DNA of 64,000 nucleotides, taken from the NCBI GenBank assembly GCA_014727915.1, contig WJMO01000006.1, positions 352,001 through 416,000 of the forward strand, given 5' to 3'. The translations under genes and the position numbers were made by a program. The DNA is from Candidatus Altiarchaeales archaeon. GTDB taxonomy: Archaea > Altiarchaeota > Altiarchaeia > IMC4 > SCGC-AAA252-I15. The notes under the pieces are model-generated. The model made no database searches and was not told the DNA's origin. It was given only the letters and a program-made list of their open reading frames with translations. Positions 46,190 through 57,000 of the stretch are shown here, one piece after another (within the stretch, counting starts at the first letter, position 1; each line of letters opens with the position of its first letter).

Positions 46190-47281
46190 TCACAGCTTCC
46201 GTGGTATATTTCCTGAAATTATCATGTGGTCTGCGAGCACGAGGTTGACCATCGCCTCCACAACCGGAACCGCCCGCGGCACTATGCACGGGTCGTGGCG
46301 GCCCTCCACCTGTATGTAACTATTCTTCTTAAGGTTCAAGTCCACCGTATGCTGGCGTTTCTTGATCGATGATGTTGGCTTGAAGGCAGCTCGCAAAACC
46401 ACGGGCATCCCATTTGTTATGCCGCCCTGGATGCCTCCGCTGTTGTTGGACGTAGTCCTGACAACCCCGCCCGCGTATGTGAACTCGTCGTTTACCTCGC
46501 TGCCAGGCTTGGAAGCAGAATCAAACCCCAAACCGAATTCAACACCCTTTACCCCAGGTATCGAAGCGACCCCAGCAGCCAAATCCGCCGTCAATTTTCC
46601 GAACACCGGCTCCCCCAAGCCGGGAGGGACGTTCAAGGCGACGCACTCGACAACCCCGCCGACGGAATCGCCCTTCTTACGCGCAACCTTGACCTCATCG
46701 ACCATCGACCGCGCAACATCAACGTCCAAAGCGCGAACGGGATTTGACTCGATCAGATCGGCCACTCCCTTCATGGAAGAGTCTAGGACCTCCCCAGACT
46801 TCACTCTGCCTATCTGCTTCGTGTAAGCAACCACTTGGACCCTGTGCTTCTGCAATATTTTCTTGGCGACCGCACCCCCGGCAACCCTGCCGACGGTCTC
46901 GCGGGCGCTTGACCTGCCGCCACCCCGCCAGTCCACGTGGCCGTACTTCATCCGCCAAGCAAGGTCAGCGTGGCCGGGCCGGGGCTTGTAGATGAAATCC
47001 CGATACTTGCTGCTGTCCGCATCCCGGTTATGGACTAGCATGCTGACAGGAGTGCCGAGGGTCCGGTCCTCGAAGACACCCGAGAGGAATTCGACACTGT
47101 CCGGCTCGCCCCTTGCGGTAGTAACATCGGACTGGCCGGGCTTCCTGCGGTCTAACTCACACTGGACATCGGCTTCCGTCAATTCCAAACCGCTGGGGCA
47201 TCCGTCCAGCACGCAACCCACCGCAGGGCCGTGACTCTCACCCCAAGTGGACAAGCGGAACAAACGACCAAATGTGTTCAT
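46190..47281 (-). CDS. aroC: Chorismate synthase
   Basis: [33 protein letters not shown]. Confidence 0.97.
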   Translation of the reverse strand: MNTFGRLFRLSTWGESHGPAVGCVLDGCPSGLELTEADVQCELDRRKPGQSDVTTARGEPDSVEFLSGVFEDRTLGTPVSMLVHNRDADSSKYRDFIYKPRPGHADLAWRMKYGHVDWRGGGRSSARETVGRVAGGAVAKKILQKHRVQVVAYTKQIGRVKSGEVLDSSMKGVADLIESNPVRALDVDVARSMVDEVKVARKKGDSVGGVVECVALNVPPGLGEPVFGKLTADLAAGVASIPGVKGVEFGLGFDSASKPGSEVNDEFTYAGGVVRTTSNNSGGIQGGITNGMPVVLRAAFKPTSSIKKRQHTVDLNLKKNSYIQVEGRHDPCIVPRAVPVVEAMVNLVLADHMIISGNIPRKL

Positions 47282-47398
47282 TGATTGAATGATGGTATTA
47301 TAAAACTAAAAGCTTTGAAAAAAACGGGAAGACGCGCCCTGTTGAAGGAATAGACATGCGTTTATAACGGGGTATTCTCAGTGTATTCTTGGATTAAA

Positions 47399-48670
47399 AT
47401 GGACGACGTTGTCAAGTACACGATAGAGGAAGCGTTGGAGTATCACACGGTCAAACGGGGCAAGCTGCAGGTGCTGAGCAAGACGCCATTGGACAACAAG
47501 AAGGATCTTAGCCTCGCTTATTCGCCCGGTGTCGCTGAACCGTGCCGGGACATAGCCAAGGACACTAAAAAAGTCTACCAGTACACCAACAAGGGGAACG
47601 CCGTCGCGGTCGTGACGGACGGCACAGCTGTGCTGGGACTGGGAGACATAGGCCCGGAAGCCGGTTTCCCGGTGATGGAAGGTAAGGCAGTGCTGTTCAA
47701 GATGCTCGCTGGAGTCGACGCATACCCCATATGCCTCCAGACGAAAGACGCGGACGAGATAGTCGAAACCGTCAAGTTCCTCGAGCCCAGCTTCGGAGGC
47801 ATAAACCTGGAGGACATAAGCGCGCCCAGATGTTTCGACATAGAAAAAAAACTGAAGGAGGACATGGACATACCTGTGTTCCACGACGACCAGCACGGAA
47901 CCGCCATAGTCACGTTGGCCGGGCTCATAAACGCGCTGAAAATCGTCGGGAAGAAGATGGGGGAGGTTAAGATAGTCTTCAACGGCGCGGGAGCGTCTGG
48001 GATAGCCTGCGCGAAGTTCTACATGTCAGCAGGCGTAAAAGACGTGATAATATGCGACAGCAAGGGCGTCATATACGATGGGCGTGAGGTCGGCATGAAC
48101 CCCTACAAGGAGGAGATAGCTAAGGTAACGAACGGTGAGAACATGGCCGGGTCCCTCGAGGACGCCATAAAAGGCGCCGACATATTCGTCGGCATGTCCG
48201 TGGGGAACGTCGTCACCGAGGCGATGGTGAAATCCATGGCAGACGACGCCATCGTCTTCGCATGCGCCAACCCCGACCCTGAGATTAAGCCCGAGAAGGC
48301 GGAGAAGGCCGGGGCGAGGGTGGTAGCCACCGGAAGGTCGGACTATCCCAACCAGATAAACAACGTCCTCGGGTTTCCGGGCATATTCAGGGGAGCGCTT
48401 GACGTTCAAGCCTCCGACGTCAACGAGGAGATGAAGCTGGCAGCCGCCCACGCCATAGCCAGCATAATAGAGGAAGACAGACTCGACGAGAGGCACATAA
48501 TCACCAACCCATTGAACCCGGAGGTGATGCCTGTCGAAGCCGCTGCAGTGGCCAGGGCAGCAATGGAAAGCGGCGTGGCAAGGAAGAAGACAAGACCTGA
48601 GGAGGTCGAAACCAACACCAGAATGCTGATCGAGGAGGCTAGGAAGGTATTTAATGCCTCCCGGGGTTAA
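47399..48670 (+). CDS. NAD(P)-dependent malic enzyme
   Basis: LAYSPGVA, DGTAVLGLGDIG, MEGK, FHDDQHGT, GRSDYPNQINN. Confidence 0.96.
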   Translation: MDDVVKYTIEEALEYHTVKRGKLQVLSKTPLDNKKDLSLAYSPGVAEPCRDIAKDTKKVYQYTNKGNAVAVVTDGTAVLGLGDIGPEAGFPVMEGKAVLFKMLAGVDAYPICLQTKDADEIVETVKFLEPSFGGINLEDISAPRCFDIEKKLKEDMDIPVFHDDQHGTAIVTLAGLINALKIVGKKMGEVKIVFNGAGASGIACAKFYMSAGVKDVIICDSKGVIYDGREVGMNPYKEEIAKVTNGENMAGSLEDAIKGADIFVGMSVGNVVTEAMVKSMADDAIVFACANPDPEIKPEKAEKAGARVVATGRSDYPNQINNVLGFPGIFRGALDVQASDVNEEMKLAAAHAIASIIEEDRLDERHIITNPLNPEVMPVEAAAVARAAMESGVARKKTRPEEVETNTRMLIEEARKVFNASRG

Positions 48671-48679
48671 TATTCTGCA

Positions 48680-49513
48680 GTGGAAGAGTTGAACGAGCTT
48701 ATAAGGGCGTGCGCCACCGAACTGCCCGAAGACGTCGGGAAGGCGTTGGAAAAGGCATTAGATGATGAGGAAGGCAGCTCAGCCGACGTTCTGGCGACCA
48801 TAATAGACAACATAAAGGTCGCGGGGGAGAAGTCAAAGCCCATGTGCCAGGACACGGGAACTCCAATATTCTACATAACAACACCGCCTGAAGCCAACCG
48901 AGGCCACATAAAGGGGCTTTTGCTCAGCGCGTTGAGGCAGGCCACAGAGTCAGTGCCCTTGAGGCCCAACGCAGTAGACCCCATCACGCAGTTGAACAGC
49001 GGAGACAACACGGGAATAGGATTCCCAGTGTTCAACTTCAGCGAATGGGGGGAGAACACCAGCAAAGTAGAACTCATGCTGAAAGGAGGAGGCAGCGAGA
49101 ACATAACCAGGATATACAGCCTACCAGACGAGGCCCTGGAGGCTGGAAGGGACATTGAAGGCATAACAAAGTGCGTGCTCGACGCGGTCCACAAGGCCCA
49201 GGGCAACGGCTGCCCCCCATACATCATCGGGGTGGGAATAGGAGGGCTGGCTGACGAGACGTTGAAGCTCAGCAAGAAGCAGCTGATGAGGCGGCTGGAC
49301 GACGAGAACGACAACACAGAGCTCTCAAAGCTGGAGCACCACCTGTTAAAGGAGATAAACGAGTTGGGCATAGGACCCATGGGCATGGGGGGTAAGACCA
49401 CCGCACTATCCGTCAAAGCAGGGAAGCAGCACAGGCACCCGGCCTCATTCTTCGTGGGGGTGAGCTTCATGTGCTGGGCATGCCGTAGAAAAAGCGTCGA
49501 GGTGAACCTTTGA
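48680..49513 (+). CDS. Class I fumarate hydratase, alpha subunit
   Basis: CQDTG, KGGGSEN, CPP, GPMGMGG, CWACRR. Confidence 0.93.
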   Translation: MEELNELIRACATELPEDVGKALEKALDDEEGSSADVLATIIDNIKVAGEKSKPMCQDTGTPIFYITTPPEANRGHIKGLLLSALRQATESVPLRPNAVDPITQLNSGDNTGIGFPVFNFSEWGENTSKVELMLKGGGSENITRIYSLPDEALEAGRDIEGITKCVLDAVHKAQGNGCPPYIIGVGIGGLADETLKLSKKQLMRRLDDENDNTELSKLEHHLLKEINELGIGPMGMGGKTTALSVKAGKQHRHPASFFVGVSFMCWACRRKSVEVNL

Positions 49514-50067
49514 AGCTGAAAACCCCTTTGGACGAGGAGACGGTCAGAGGCCTGAAGGTAGGGGACCGGGTAGATCTCAGCGGCTTAGTCGTGACCGCGA
49601 GAGATCGTGCTCACAAATATCTCTACGACGGAGGGGAGGTCCCATTCGAACTAAACGTCATATACCACTGCGGCCCCATAGTCAAAGACAACAAGATCGT
49701 GTCAGCGGGCCCGACCACCTCCATGAGAGAGGAGCCCTACCTCGCCAAGATAATAAACAAGTACAAGATAAGGGCGGTCATAGGGAAGGGAGGCATGGGA
49801 GAGAAGACGCTGAATTCGCTGAAGAGCAACGGATGCGTCTACCTGGCCGCGGTCGGGGGGGTTGGAGTGCTGTTGGCAGAGCACGTTAAGAAGGTAAAGG
49901 AATCATATAGGCTAGACGAGTTCGGAGCTCCAGAGGCGTTCTGGGTGCTTGAAGTCTACAACATGCCGTTGACAGTCACGATGGACTCCCACGGAAACAG
50001 CCTATACGAGGACGTGAAGGAGAAGAGCAGGAAAAACCTTGAGAAGATTGTGGGAGGGAAAAGATGA
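49510..50067 (+). CDS. Class I fumarate hydratase, beta subunit
   Basis: TARDRAH, HCGP, GPTTSMR, IGKGG, DSHGN. Confidence 0.93.
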   Translation: MKLKTPLDEETVRGLKVGDRVDLSGLVVTARDRAHKYLYDGGEVPFELNVIYHCGPIVKDNKIVSAGPTTSMREEPYLAKIINKYKIRAVIGKGGMGEKTLNSLKSNGCVYLAAVGGVGVLLAEHVKKVKESYRLDEFGAPEAFWVLEVYNMPLTVTMDSHGNSLYEDVKEKSRKNLEKIVGGKR

Positions 50068-50411
50068 GGTTGAACCTGTTGAAGTCGAAGATACACAAGG
50101 CAAGGGTGACTGGAGCCAGTGAAGACTACGTGGGAAGCATAACTTTAGACAGGAGGCTAATGGACGCAGCCGGCATAAGAGCCCATGAGAAGGTGCTCGT
50201 CGCGGACATCACCAACGGGAACAGGTTCGAAACATACGCCATAGAAGGGGGAGAAGGAGTGATCGAAGTCAATGGCGCAGCCGCGAAACTAGCTGACACG
50301 GGGGACAGTGTGATAGTCATGGCCTTCGGACAATACAGCGAAGAAGAAGCCAAAGCCCACAAGCCCATGATAGTCCAAGTGGACGAAGAGAACAGGGTCA
50401 CATCCCAATGA
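50064..50411 (+). CDS. panD: Pyruvoyl-dependent aspartate 1-decarboxylase
   Basis: LKSKIH, YVG/SIT autocleavage site, NGNRFETYAI, NGAAA. Confidence 0.95.
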   Translation: MRLNLLKSKIHKARVTGASEDYVGSITLDRRLMDAAGIRAHEKVLVADITNGNRFETYAIEGGEGVIEVNGAAAKLADTGDSVIVMAFGQYSEEEAKAHKPMIVQVDEENRVTSQ

Positions 50412-51807
50412 CCCGCAAACCTGCCCTTAACTTCCTAGCCATCTCCCCAGCCGACCGTACCCTGCGAACCCTCTCAAGAATGTAATAGGGCCTCAGGTAG
50501 AAGCGCTTATACGCGCTCTTCATCAGATCAACCAGCTGGTCCCTGCCGAGGTCCTCCTCCCACACCGGCGGTCTGAAACCGGGAGAAGGACTCTCCGCGA
50601 ACTTCCGCCAGTAGTCCTCCCCTATGACACCCCGCTCCAATCCGAGCCTGTAAAGGTCCGTGGCCGGGAAGGGAGTCATCAGAGAGAAATGGGCGAAGTC
50701 TGGGTCGAGTTTAAGTGCGAAATCCAAGGTTTCATCGAAGGTCTTCAGAGTCTCGCCGGGCGAGCCGATTATGAAATAGGCCAGGGTCTCTATGCCAGCC
50801 TCAGAAGCCCATCTGAACGCGTCCTCGGCCTGTCGCAACGTTATCCCCTTGCAGAGTGTGTCCAGTACGCCCTGGTTCCCTGACTCGACCCCATAGTGTA
50901 TCCGCTCGCAACCCGATCTTGAAAGGGTGGAGAGCATCTCACGGTCCACGCTGTCGGCCCGCGCCCGAATATCCCATCCTATGTCCAGCCCACGATCCCG
51001 TATCTCGAAGCAGATGTCCAACACCCTCTGGCGGTCCACGGTGAAAGTGTCATCATATACGAGGAACTCCCGGATGCCCATTCCGACGCACTCCTCCATC
51101 TCATCCACTACATTGGAGGCGGACCTGGCCCGAAAACGCTTCCCCATCTGCGGCCGGTCGCAGAAGAGGCACCTGTAAGGGCAGCCCCTGCTGGAGAAGA
51201 GCGTCGTTATCGGAGACCGCTTGGCAAGCAGTGAAGTGTACTTCCTGTAGGGTGTGAGCTCCCTCGCAGGGAAGGGCAGGCTGTCCAAGTCCTCGATGAA
51301 GGGGGACATTCCATTTTCCACAACCCTGCCGCATTCAACGTATGAGATTCCCCGCACGTCCTTCAACGGCTTGCACCTCTCAAAACGGTCGACAACCTCC
51401 ACCATCGTATGCTCCCCCTCACCCGAAACCGCGACGTCCACATGCTCCAGAGACGCAGTCTCGACAGGGTATATGGTGGGGTGTGGCCCGCCCATGACTA
51501 CCCTAACCTCCGGGTCGGCTTCCTTGGCCATCTCCGCAGTCAAGAGCGAATCTATCAATGTGAAGGACATGGCAGACAAACCCAGGACATCCGGGCTGGA
51601 CCTGACTATCCGCTTCCTTATATCGCCGTATCCAAGGCCTTCCACCTGGGCATCGACAACTTCCACCTCATGGCCGGCCCACACCAGCGAAGAGGCGAGA
51701 TAGAGCATGCCAAGCTGGGGGTTGCAGCCCCTGGAACGCGACAGTATCTCCGGAACTTCCGTGTCTATCATGTTCTCGTCTGGAGGATTGATGAAAAGTA
51801 CCCTCAT
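50398..51807 (-). CDS. Cobalamin-binding radical SAM protein
   Basis: N-terminal B12 domain (MGGPHPT, GEGE); SRGCPYRCLFC (CxxxCxxC); DDTF; GVESG. Confidence 0.93.
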   Translation of the reverse strand: MRVLFINPPDENMIDTEVPEILSRSRGCNPQLGMLYLASSLVWAGHEVEVVDAQVEGLGYGDIRKRIVRSSPDVLGLSAMSFTLIDSLLTAEMAKEADPEVRVVMGGPHPTIYPVETASLEHVDVAVSGEGEHTMVEVVDRFERCKPLKDVRGISYVECGRVVENGMSPFIEDLDSLPFPARELTPYRKYTSLLAKRSPITTLFSSRGCPYRCLFCDRPQMGKRFRARSASNVVDEMEECVGMGIREFLVYDDTFTVDRQRVLDICFEIRDRGLDIGWDIRARADSVDREMLSTLSRSGCERIHYGVESGNQGVLDTLCKGITLRQAEDAFRWASEAGIETLAYFIIGSPGETLKTFDETLDFALKLDPDFAHFSLMTPFPATDLYRLGLERGVIGEDYWRKFAESPSPGFRPPVWEEDLGRDQLVDLMKSAYKRFYLRPYYILERVRRVRSAGEMARKLRAGLRVIGM

Positions 51808-52643
51808 CTTGCTCTCTTAACCACCAGGTCCGCGAGCAAACCGAACAACGCGACCTCGACTGCTGTTACAGTGATAGAAGTGACGGTTATGTCCATGACC
51901 TGCCCCAGGACCATGGTCGAATACATGAACACCAGACCAGCAAGGGATAACATGAGAGCGCTCAAGGGCATGAAGACCTTCAGGGGGTTGAAGTATAGTA
52001 TGGTGCGCAGGATCAGGAGTAGGAATCCGAAGCCGTCAGACAACGGGCTTATCTTGGACTTAGAATCGCCTGAGCGGGAGTGGTAGTCTATTGGAACGTA
52101 CTTTACCGTGTAGTCGTTGCATAGGAAGGCGAGGGTTATGGTGGTCGTGAAGGAGAAGCCGCGAGGGTACAGGTGTAGGAACTCCAACGCCAGCTCCCTT
52201 CTGAACACCCTCAATCCGGAGTTCAGGTCAGGGATGTCGAACCCGCTCAAATACTTCGCCAGGGAGGTGAGGAGCCACTTGGCAGGCCTGCGGACCAATG
52301 GTATGCTAACTTCGTCGCCGGTCCTCGACCCCACCACCATGTCATAGTCGCCCTCCAAAAGCGAGGGAATGCGCTCTGCAGGGTATGTGCCGTCAGCGTC
52401 GATAATCAAGACCCGGTCGCCATTCGACCTCAACAGCCCTGTCTTGACGGCTGCGCCATAGCCCATGTTGTAAGGGTGGCGTATCAGGGCCTCATCATCC
52501 ACCTCCACAGGTTCATGGCTGCCATCGTCCACGACGATGACCTCGTAGTCTATGAAACCCTCTAAGGCCCTATGAATGCCTGATAGCACGTCATCCAAGC
52601 CCTCTTCATCGTATGCTGGCACCACGCAGGTAAGTGAAACCAT
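51804..52643 (-). CDS. GT2 glycosyltransferase (polyprenol-phosphate sugar synthase-like) with two C-terminal TM helices
   Basis: VVPAYDE, VDDGS, NMGYGAA, DADG, DLNSGLR. Confidence 0.92.
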   Translation of the reverse strand: MVSLTCVVPAYDEEGLDDVLSGIHRALEGFIDYEVIVVDDGSHEPVEVDDEALIRHPYNMGYGAAVKTGLLRSNGDRVLIIDADGTYPAERIPSLLEGDYDMVVGSRTGDEVSIPLVRRPAKWLLTSLAKYLSGFDIPDLNSGLRVFRRELALEFLHLYPRGFSFTTTITLAFLCNDYTVKYVPIDYHSRSGDSKSKISPLSDGFGFLLLILRTILYFNPLKVFMPLSALMLSLAGLVFMYSTMVLGQVMDITVTSITVTAVEVALFGLLADLVVKRAR

Positions 52644-52676
52644 CCTATCAAATTATACAGAGCGGTTAAATATAGG

Positions 52677-52781
52677 TTAATCGCGTTTTGAATCCTTTAT
52701 CATCGATAGGCCCAGGCGTATCTCGTTCAACCCCAGGTGTACCAGGCTCTTCCACACTTCGAACGCGTCCTTCAGCTTCAA
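52677..52781 (-). CDS. Putative 34-aa amphipathic microprotein
   Basis: TTG start overlaps the aroA TGA; MKLKDAFEVWKSLVHLGLNEIRLGLSMIKDSKRD; fills the aroA-GT2 gap. Confidence 0.45.
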   Translation of the reverse strand: MKLKDAFEVWKSLVHLGLNEIRLGLSMIKDSKRD

Positions 52782-54046
52782 ACCAACACACCCCCCAAAC
52801 TCCCGAGGACCTCCTTGAAGTCGGGGAAGGTGACGTCAAGGTGCTCAGCACCGGATATCACCGTCTCACCCTCCGCCTTCAAGCCTGCCACAGCCAATGA
52901 CATGATTATCCTGTGGTCCATCCAACCATCGACTTCGGATCCCTTCAGGACGCCTCCTTGTATCAGAAGCCCATCATCCCTCTCCTCTACTTCACATCCC
53001 ATCTTGGAAAGCTCGGACGCCATGGCCTCTATGCGGTCGCATTCCTTTAGACGGGCGTGGGCTGCGTTGAAGATCTCCGTCTCCCCTTCGGAGAGGGCTC
53101 CCAGAACGGATACTATGGGAACGAGGTCGGGCGAGTCGGAGAGGTCCGCCCTGATGCCATGAAGGCGGCCATCAGAGACCACAGAAACAGAATCATCATT
53201 TATTCCTACTTTAGCGCCCATTTTTGATATTATCTCGGCTATTTTCCTGTCGGCCTGTAGCGAATCCCTGAACAGGTTGTTGACTGTGACTTCAGAGTCC
53301 GTCAGCGCCGCAGCCGCGAGTATGAAGGCTCCGCTGCTGTAGTCCCCTTCGACGGTGTAGTCGACCGGACTATATGACTGGCCCGCAGGCACATGAAAAC
53401 TTTTGTAGCCGTCATTGTACACTTCCACCTTGAACCTGGCGAGCATGTCCAATGTTAGGTCGACGTAGGGCCTGCTCTTCAAACCGGTGGTCAGCTCGAC
53501 CGTGACATCCTCCCCTGCATAGGGTGATGCCATCAGCAGCGCGGTTATGTACTGGCTGCTCACATCACCTGGTATCGAGCATAGACCGCCCTCCAACGGA
53601 CCTTCAACGGTGACCGGCGGAAAGCCAGATTCTGACCGTGAATTCACCCCTAGCTGGGAGAGAGCATCCAACAATGGCTGGATGGGACGCCGACATATGG
53701 ATTCGTCCCCTGTCAACGTAACAGGACCGCCGCAGAGGGATGCTATGGCCGTGGCGATCCTTATGGTCGTGCCCGAGTTGAGCGCATCTATCTTGGAACC
53801 TGGGACCGCAGGTTTTCCACCGACCCCATCTACTTCAACCAGGCCCTCAGCTTCGAGCATCCTGCCGCCTAAAAGCCTGCAGGCGTTGAAGGCCGCCATG
53901 GTGTCGCGTGACACCAGCGGGGAGCGGATCGTCGAGCTGCCGTCGGCGAGCAGCGACGACAGTACCGCGCGTATCGTGTAGGACTTGCTCGGCGGCGCGG
54001 AAACAACACCACCCAACGACTCTGACGGTTTGACCTTCAATTCCAT
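52778..54046 (-). CDS. aroA: 3-phosphoshikimate 1-carboxyvinyltransferase
   Basis: PPSKS, NSGTT, SSQY, EGDYSS, RLKECDRI, DHRI. Confidence 0.97.
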   Translation of the reverse strand: MELKVKPSESLGGVVSAPPSKSYTIRAVLSSLLADGSSTIRSPLVSRDTMAAFNACRLLGGRMLEAEGLVEVDGVGGKPAVPGSKIDALNSGTTIRIATAIASLCGGPVTLTGDESICRRPIQPLLDALSQLGVNSRSESGFPPVTVEGPLEGGLCSIPGDVSSQYITALLMASPYAGEDVTVELTTGLKSRPYVDLTLDMLARFKVEVYNDGYKSFHVPAGQSYSPVDYTVEGDYSSGAFILAAAALTDSEVTVNNLFRDSLQADRKIAEIISKMGAKVGINDDSVSVVSDGRLHGIRADLSDSPDLVPIVSVLGALSEGETEIFNAAHARLKECDRIEAMASELSKMGCEVEERDDGLLIQGGVLKGSEVDGWMDHRIIMSLAVAGLKAEGETVISGAEHLDVTFPDFKEVLGSLGGVLV

Positions 54047-54099
54047 CCTGGTAATGAAGAAATGAACAAATAAATTAAAATAGAGGGTAAATCATATCA

Positions 54100-57000
54100 A
54101 TGAGTTTCCAAAGGCAGTTACTAGTTCTAGTAGCCACATTGGCACTGTTGTCAGCTTGGGCCTACACCCAATCAAACAGCGTGGACGGGATAAGATGGTA
54201 TTACAGCGAAGACAGCGAATGCGGGCCGGGGTCGGATGTAAGTGACGGAACATTCCATGATATAAGCGTCCCCTTCTCCCTGCCCAAGTCCAAGAGGAGC
54301 GTATGCTTCGCAGGAATCATGGAGGGAGTGCCCGCGGACAGCCTAGTGGTCAGAGTAGACGACAAGGTCGTCAGAGCATACCTTAACGGCGAGGAGGTGG
54401 ATACTAGAGAGGCTAGGAGAGGATGGAGGAAAATCAGCCTTGACGGGGGTGACAGGAAAGCAGCCAACACCCTGGTAGTCAAAGGCCAGAACATAGCTCG
54501 CAACATCGACTTTGAAGTCGGAAGGGAGCAGCCCCACAATATAAGGTGGTTGGTCCTCGGCCTGACATTGGCTTTCATCGCCACATCCAAGGAACTGAGG
54601 AAGCCATGGGCTATGGCAGCCGTCATCGCAGTCGTGGTTGCAGCCTACATGCTCCCGGTCATAGGGAGGCTTGGATACTGGGGCATAAGCGACTGGGACC
54701 AGTTCTACACTTTCTACCAGAACGCGCGTGACACGATACTCGGCTATGGGCAGATACCATTCTGGAACCCTTACATCTGCGGCGGCAACGTGCACCTGGC
54801 CTACCCTAACACTACATTCCTGTCCGTCTTCTTCCTTCCCGTTCTCCTACTGGGAGTTCCATCGGGTGTCATGGTCAGCCTCTTCTTCTACATCCTCGCG
54901 GCATGCTTGGGTTGCGTGCTACTATCCAGGGAGATGAGGCTTCCACCCTATTCGACGCTGTTCTTCTCGATCACATTCGCACTGTCGGGTTATTTCGCCC
55001 ACCGGATGAACCAGGGACACATGCCGGCAATGGCGCTTGCATACATTCCGTTCATCCTCTGGGCCTATTGGAAGAGTCAGAATGAGTTCAGATACGCTGC
55101 GGCGGCTGGCCTGTTCACTGCACTATACGTCTTGGAAGCCCATCCTTTCCTGATAACGCTGATGATAATGTTCCTGGTAGCGTATCCGACCGCATATTCT
55201 GGAATTGAGCTGGCATGGTTTGAGATAAATCACCGGAAAAGATCCAGGAGGCGGGATATTGAGAGGGTATTCAAGCCGTTAACAACCGGGATTGCTGTCG
55301 CTGTAATAGCCTTCCTGCTGGTGGGGTTTAAGGCCCTGCCGACACTGCATTATGCGGGAGACCGTCCGAGGGAGGTGGACGACTACGGGGGTGCTGACTT
55401 GATGCTGCTGGTGGAGGCGCTTGCCAGCAGACCATCGGAGCCCAAACACCCGCACAGGTGGGGTTGGCACGAGTACAACGTCTACATAGGGGGGGTGGCG
55501 GTGCTGTTGTCGGTGTATGGGATGTTGAAATCGTTGAGGCAACGCAGGTACGCTGCACTTCTTGCCGTGATGTTGATTATGACGCTGTATTCGTTCAATC
55601 AGAGCTCTCCAATAAACCTATGGAGCCTATTTCACAATCTGCCCTTGTTCGGCAGCCAGCACGTTCCGTCACGGGCCCTTGGTTTTGTCATGTTCATATT
55701 TTCGGTTTTCGCAGGTTTGGGCATGTCGAGGTTGGAGAGGATGAGCAAGCACGCCGCGCTTTTGGTTCTGGCCTTCACCGTCTTCAACCTGGTGTCCGTT
55801 AACACCTGCCTTTTGGAGGGCGCGTTCAACCAGATTCCGAGGATAGACTACCAAGAAAGCGGAGTAGGCTTCCACCATGTGAAGGACGTCTACAACGTAT
55901 ACAACCTCAAGTCCAGGAGCATGTACGGTTACGCCCTGGCTGGGGTAGGGGTAACCAACTGCTATGCCCATGGGGGTTTGAACAACAGGGCAACGCCCAT
56001 CAACGCTCACGATTACAGGGGGGAGGCTTATATGGAGGGGGGAGGAACCGCAGAGGTGGTGGGTTTCTCACCCAACCGGGTGGATGTTAGGATAGAGTCA
56101 GAAGCGGATGACATCTTGTATCTTAACATGAACCACTACCCTGGGTGGACCGCGAACGGAAGGCCCGCAGTGGAGAGGAACGGCCTGGTCTCCGCGGGCG
56201 TGAAGGCGGGAGTGGGGGTGGTCGAGTTCTCCTACACTCCGCCGTTGTTTTGGGAGGGTGTTGCAGCCACTTTGGCTGGGGTGGCGCTGGCGTTAATTGT
56301 GTGGAAGGGGTTATTTAGGAGGGTCTACGAATCCATTAAGAAGATGAGGTACCGGCTGCTGCCCGACAGGATGCATTCTTGGATTAAGGCGGTGATCATC
56401 GTGCTTGTACTGACCTTCACGCTTTCAATCATTCAGATGATCCACAAGGAGAGGGCGGAAGAGCATGCATTCGTCGTTGAAGCTGTGAAACACACCAGTG
56501 ACAGCTTCGACTACTGGTACAAGGAGGGGAAGGCCGTGAAAGGATGGGAGGACATTGAGCTTCCCTACAATGAGGGTGACGGGTACTTCAGGACATACTT
56601 CACAACCAACAGGAAGCACGTAACTCTGAAGCTTTACGCAGACGACTGCGTAGAGGAGGTATACTACAACGGCAGGGAGCAGTTCTACACTAGACAATGC
56701 AGCAGGTGCGAACACTGCAATTCGCCGCTTAGGGTCTCATTCGACGTTGACGGGGGCATGGACTCCCACGTCCTGGCCGTTAAGACGAGGGACCGTGGGG
56801 GTATCCAGACGTACTTCTACCTCGAATACGAGCCTGAAGGCTCATACTGGTCTAGTCTGGCGCTTTTATCGGCTGCTGGAGCGGCCGCAATATTCTATTT
56901 GAGCAGGAGGATCGAGGATTTCAGGAAGTCGAAGCCAGGATACCGTAAGCTACTGTTTCTCCTTATGTTCTGCCTGCTGGTGTTCTCCGCATACATGAAA

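Noticed and set aside
56698-56718. CxxCxxC as an Fe-S or radical SAM motif
   Set aside because: The spacing is not CxxxCxxC and it lies in a predicted extracellular domain; disulfides or a metal site are more likely.
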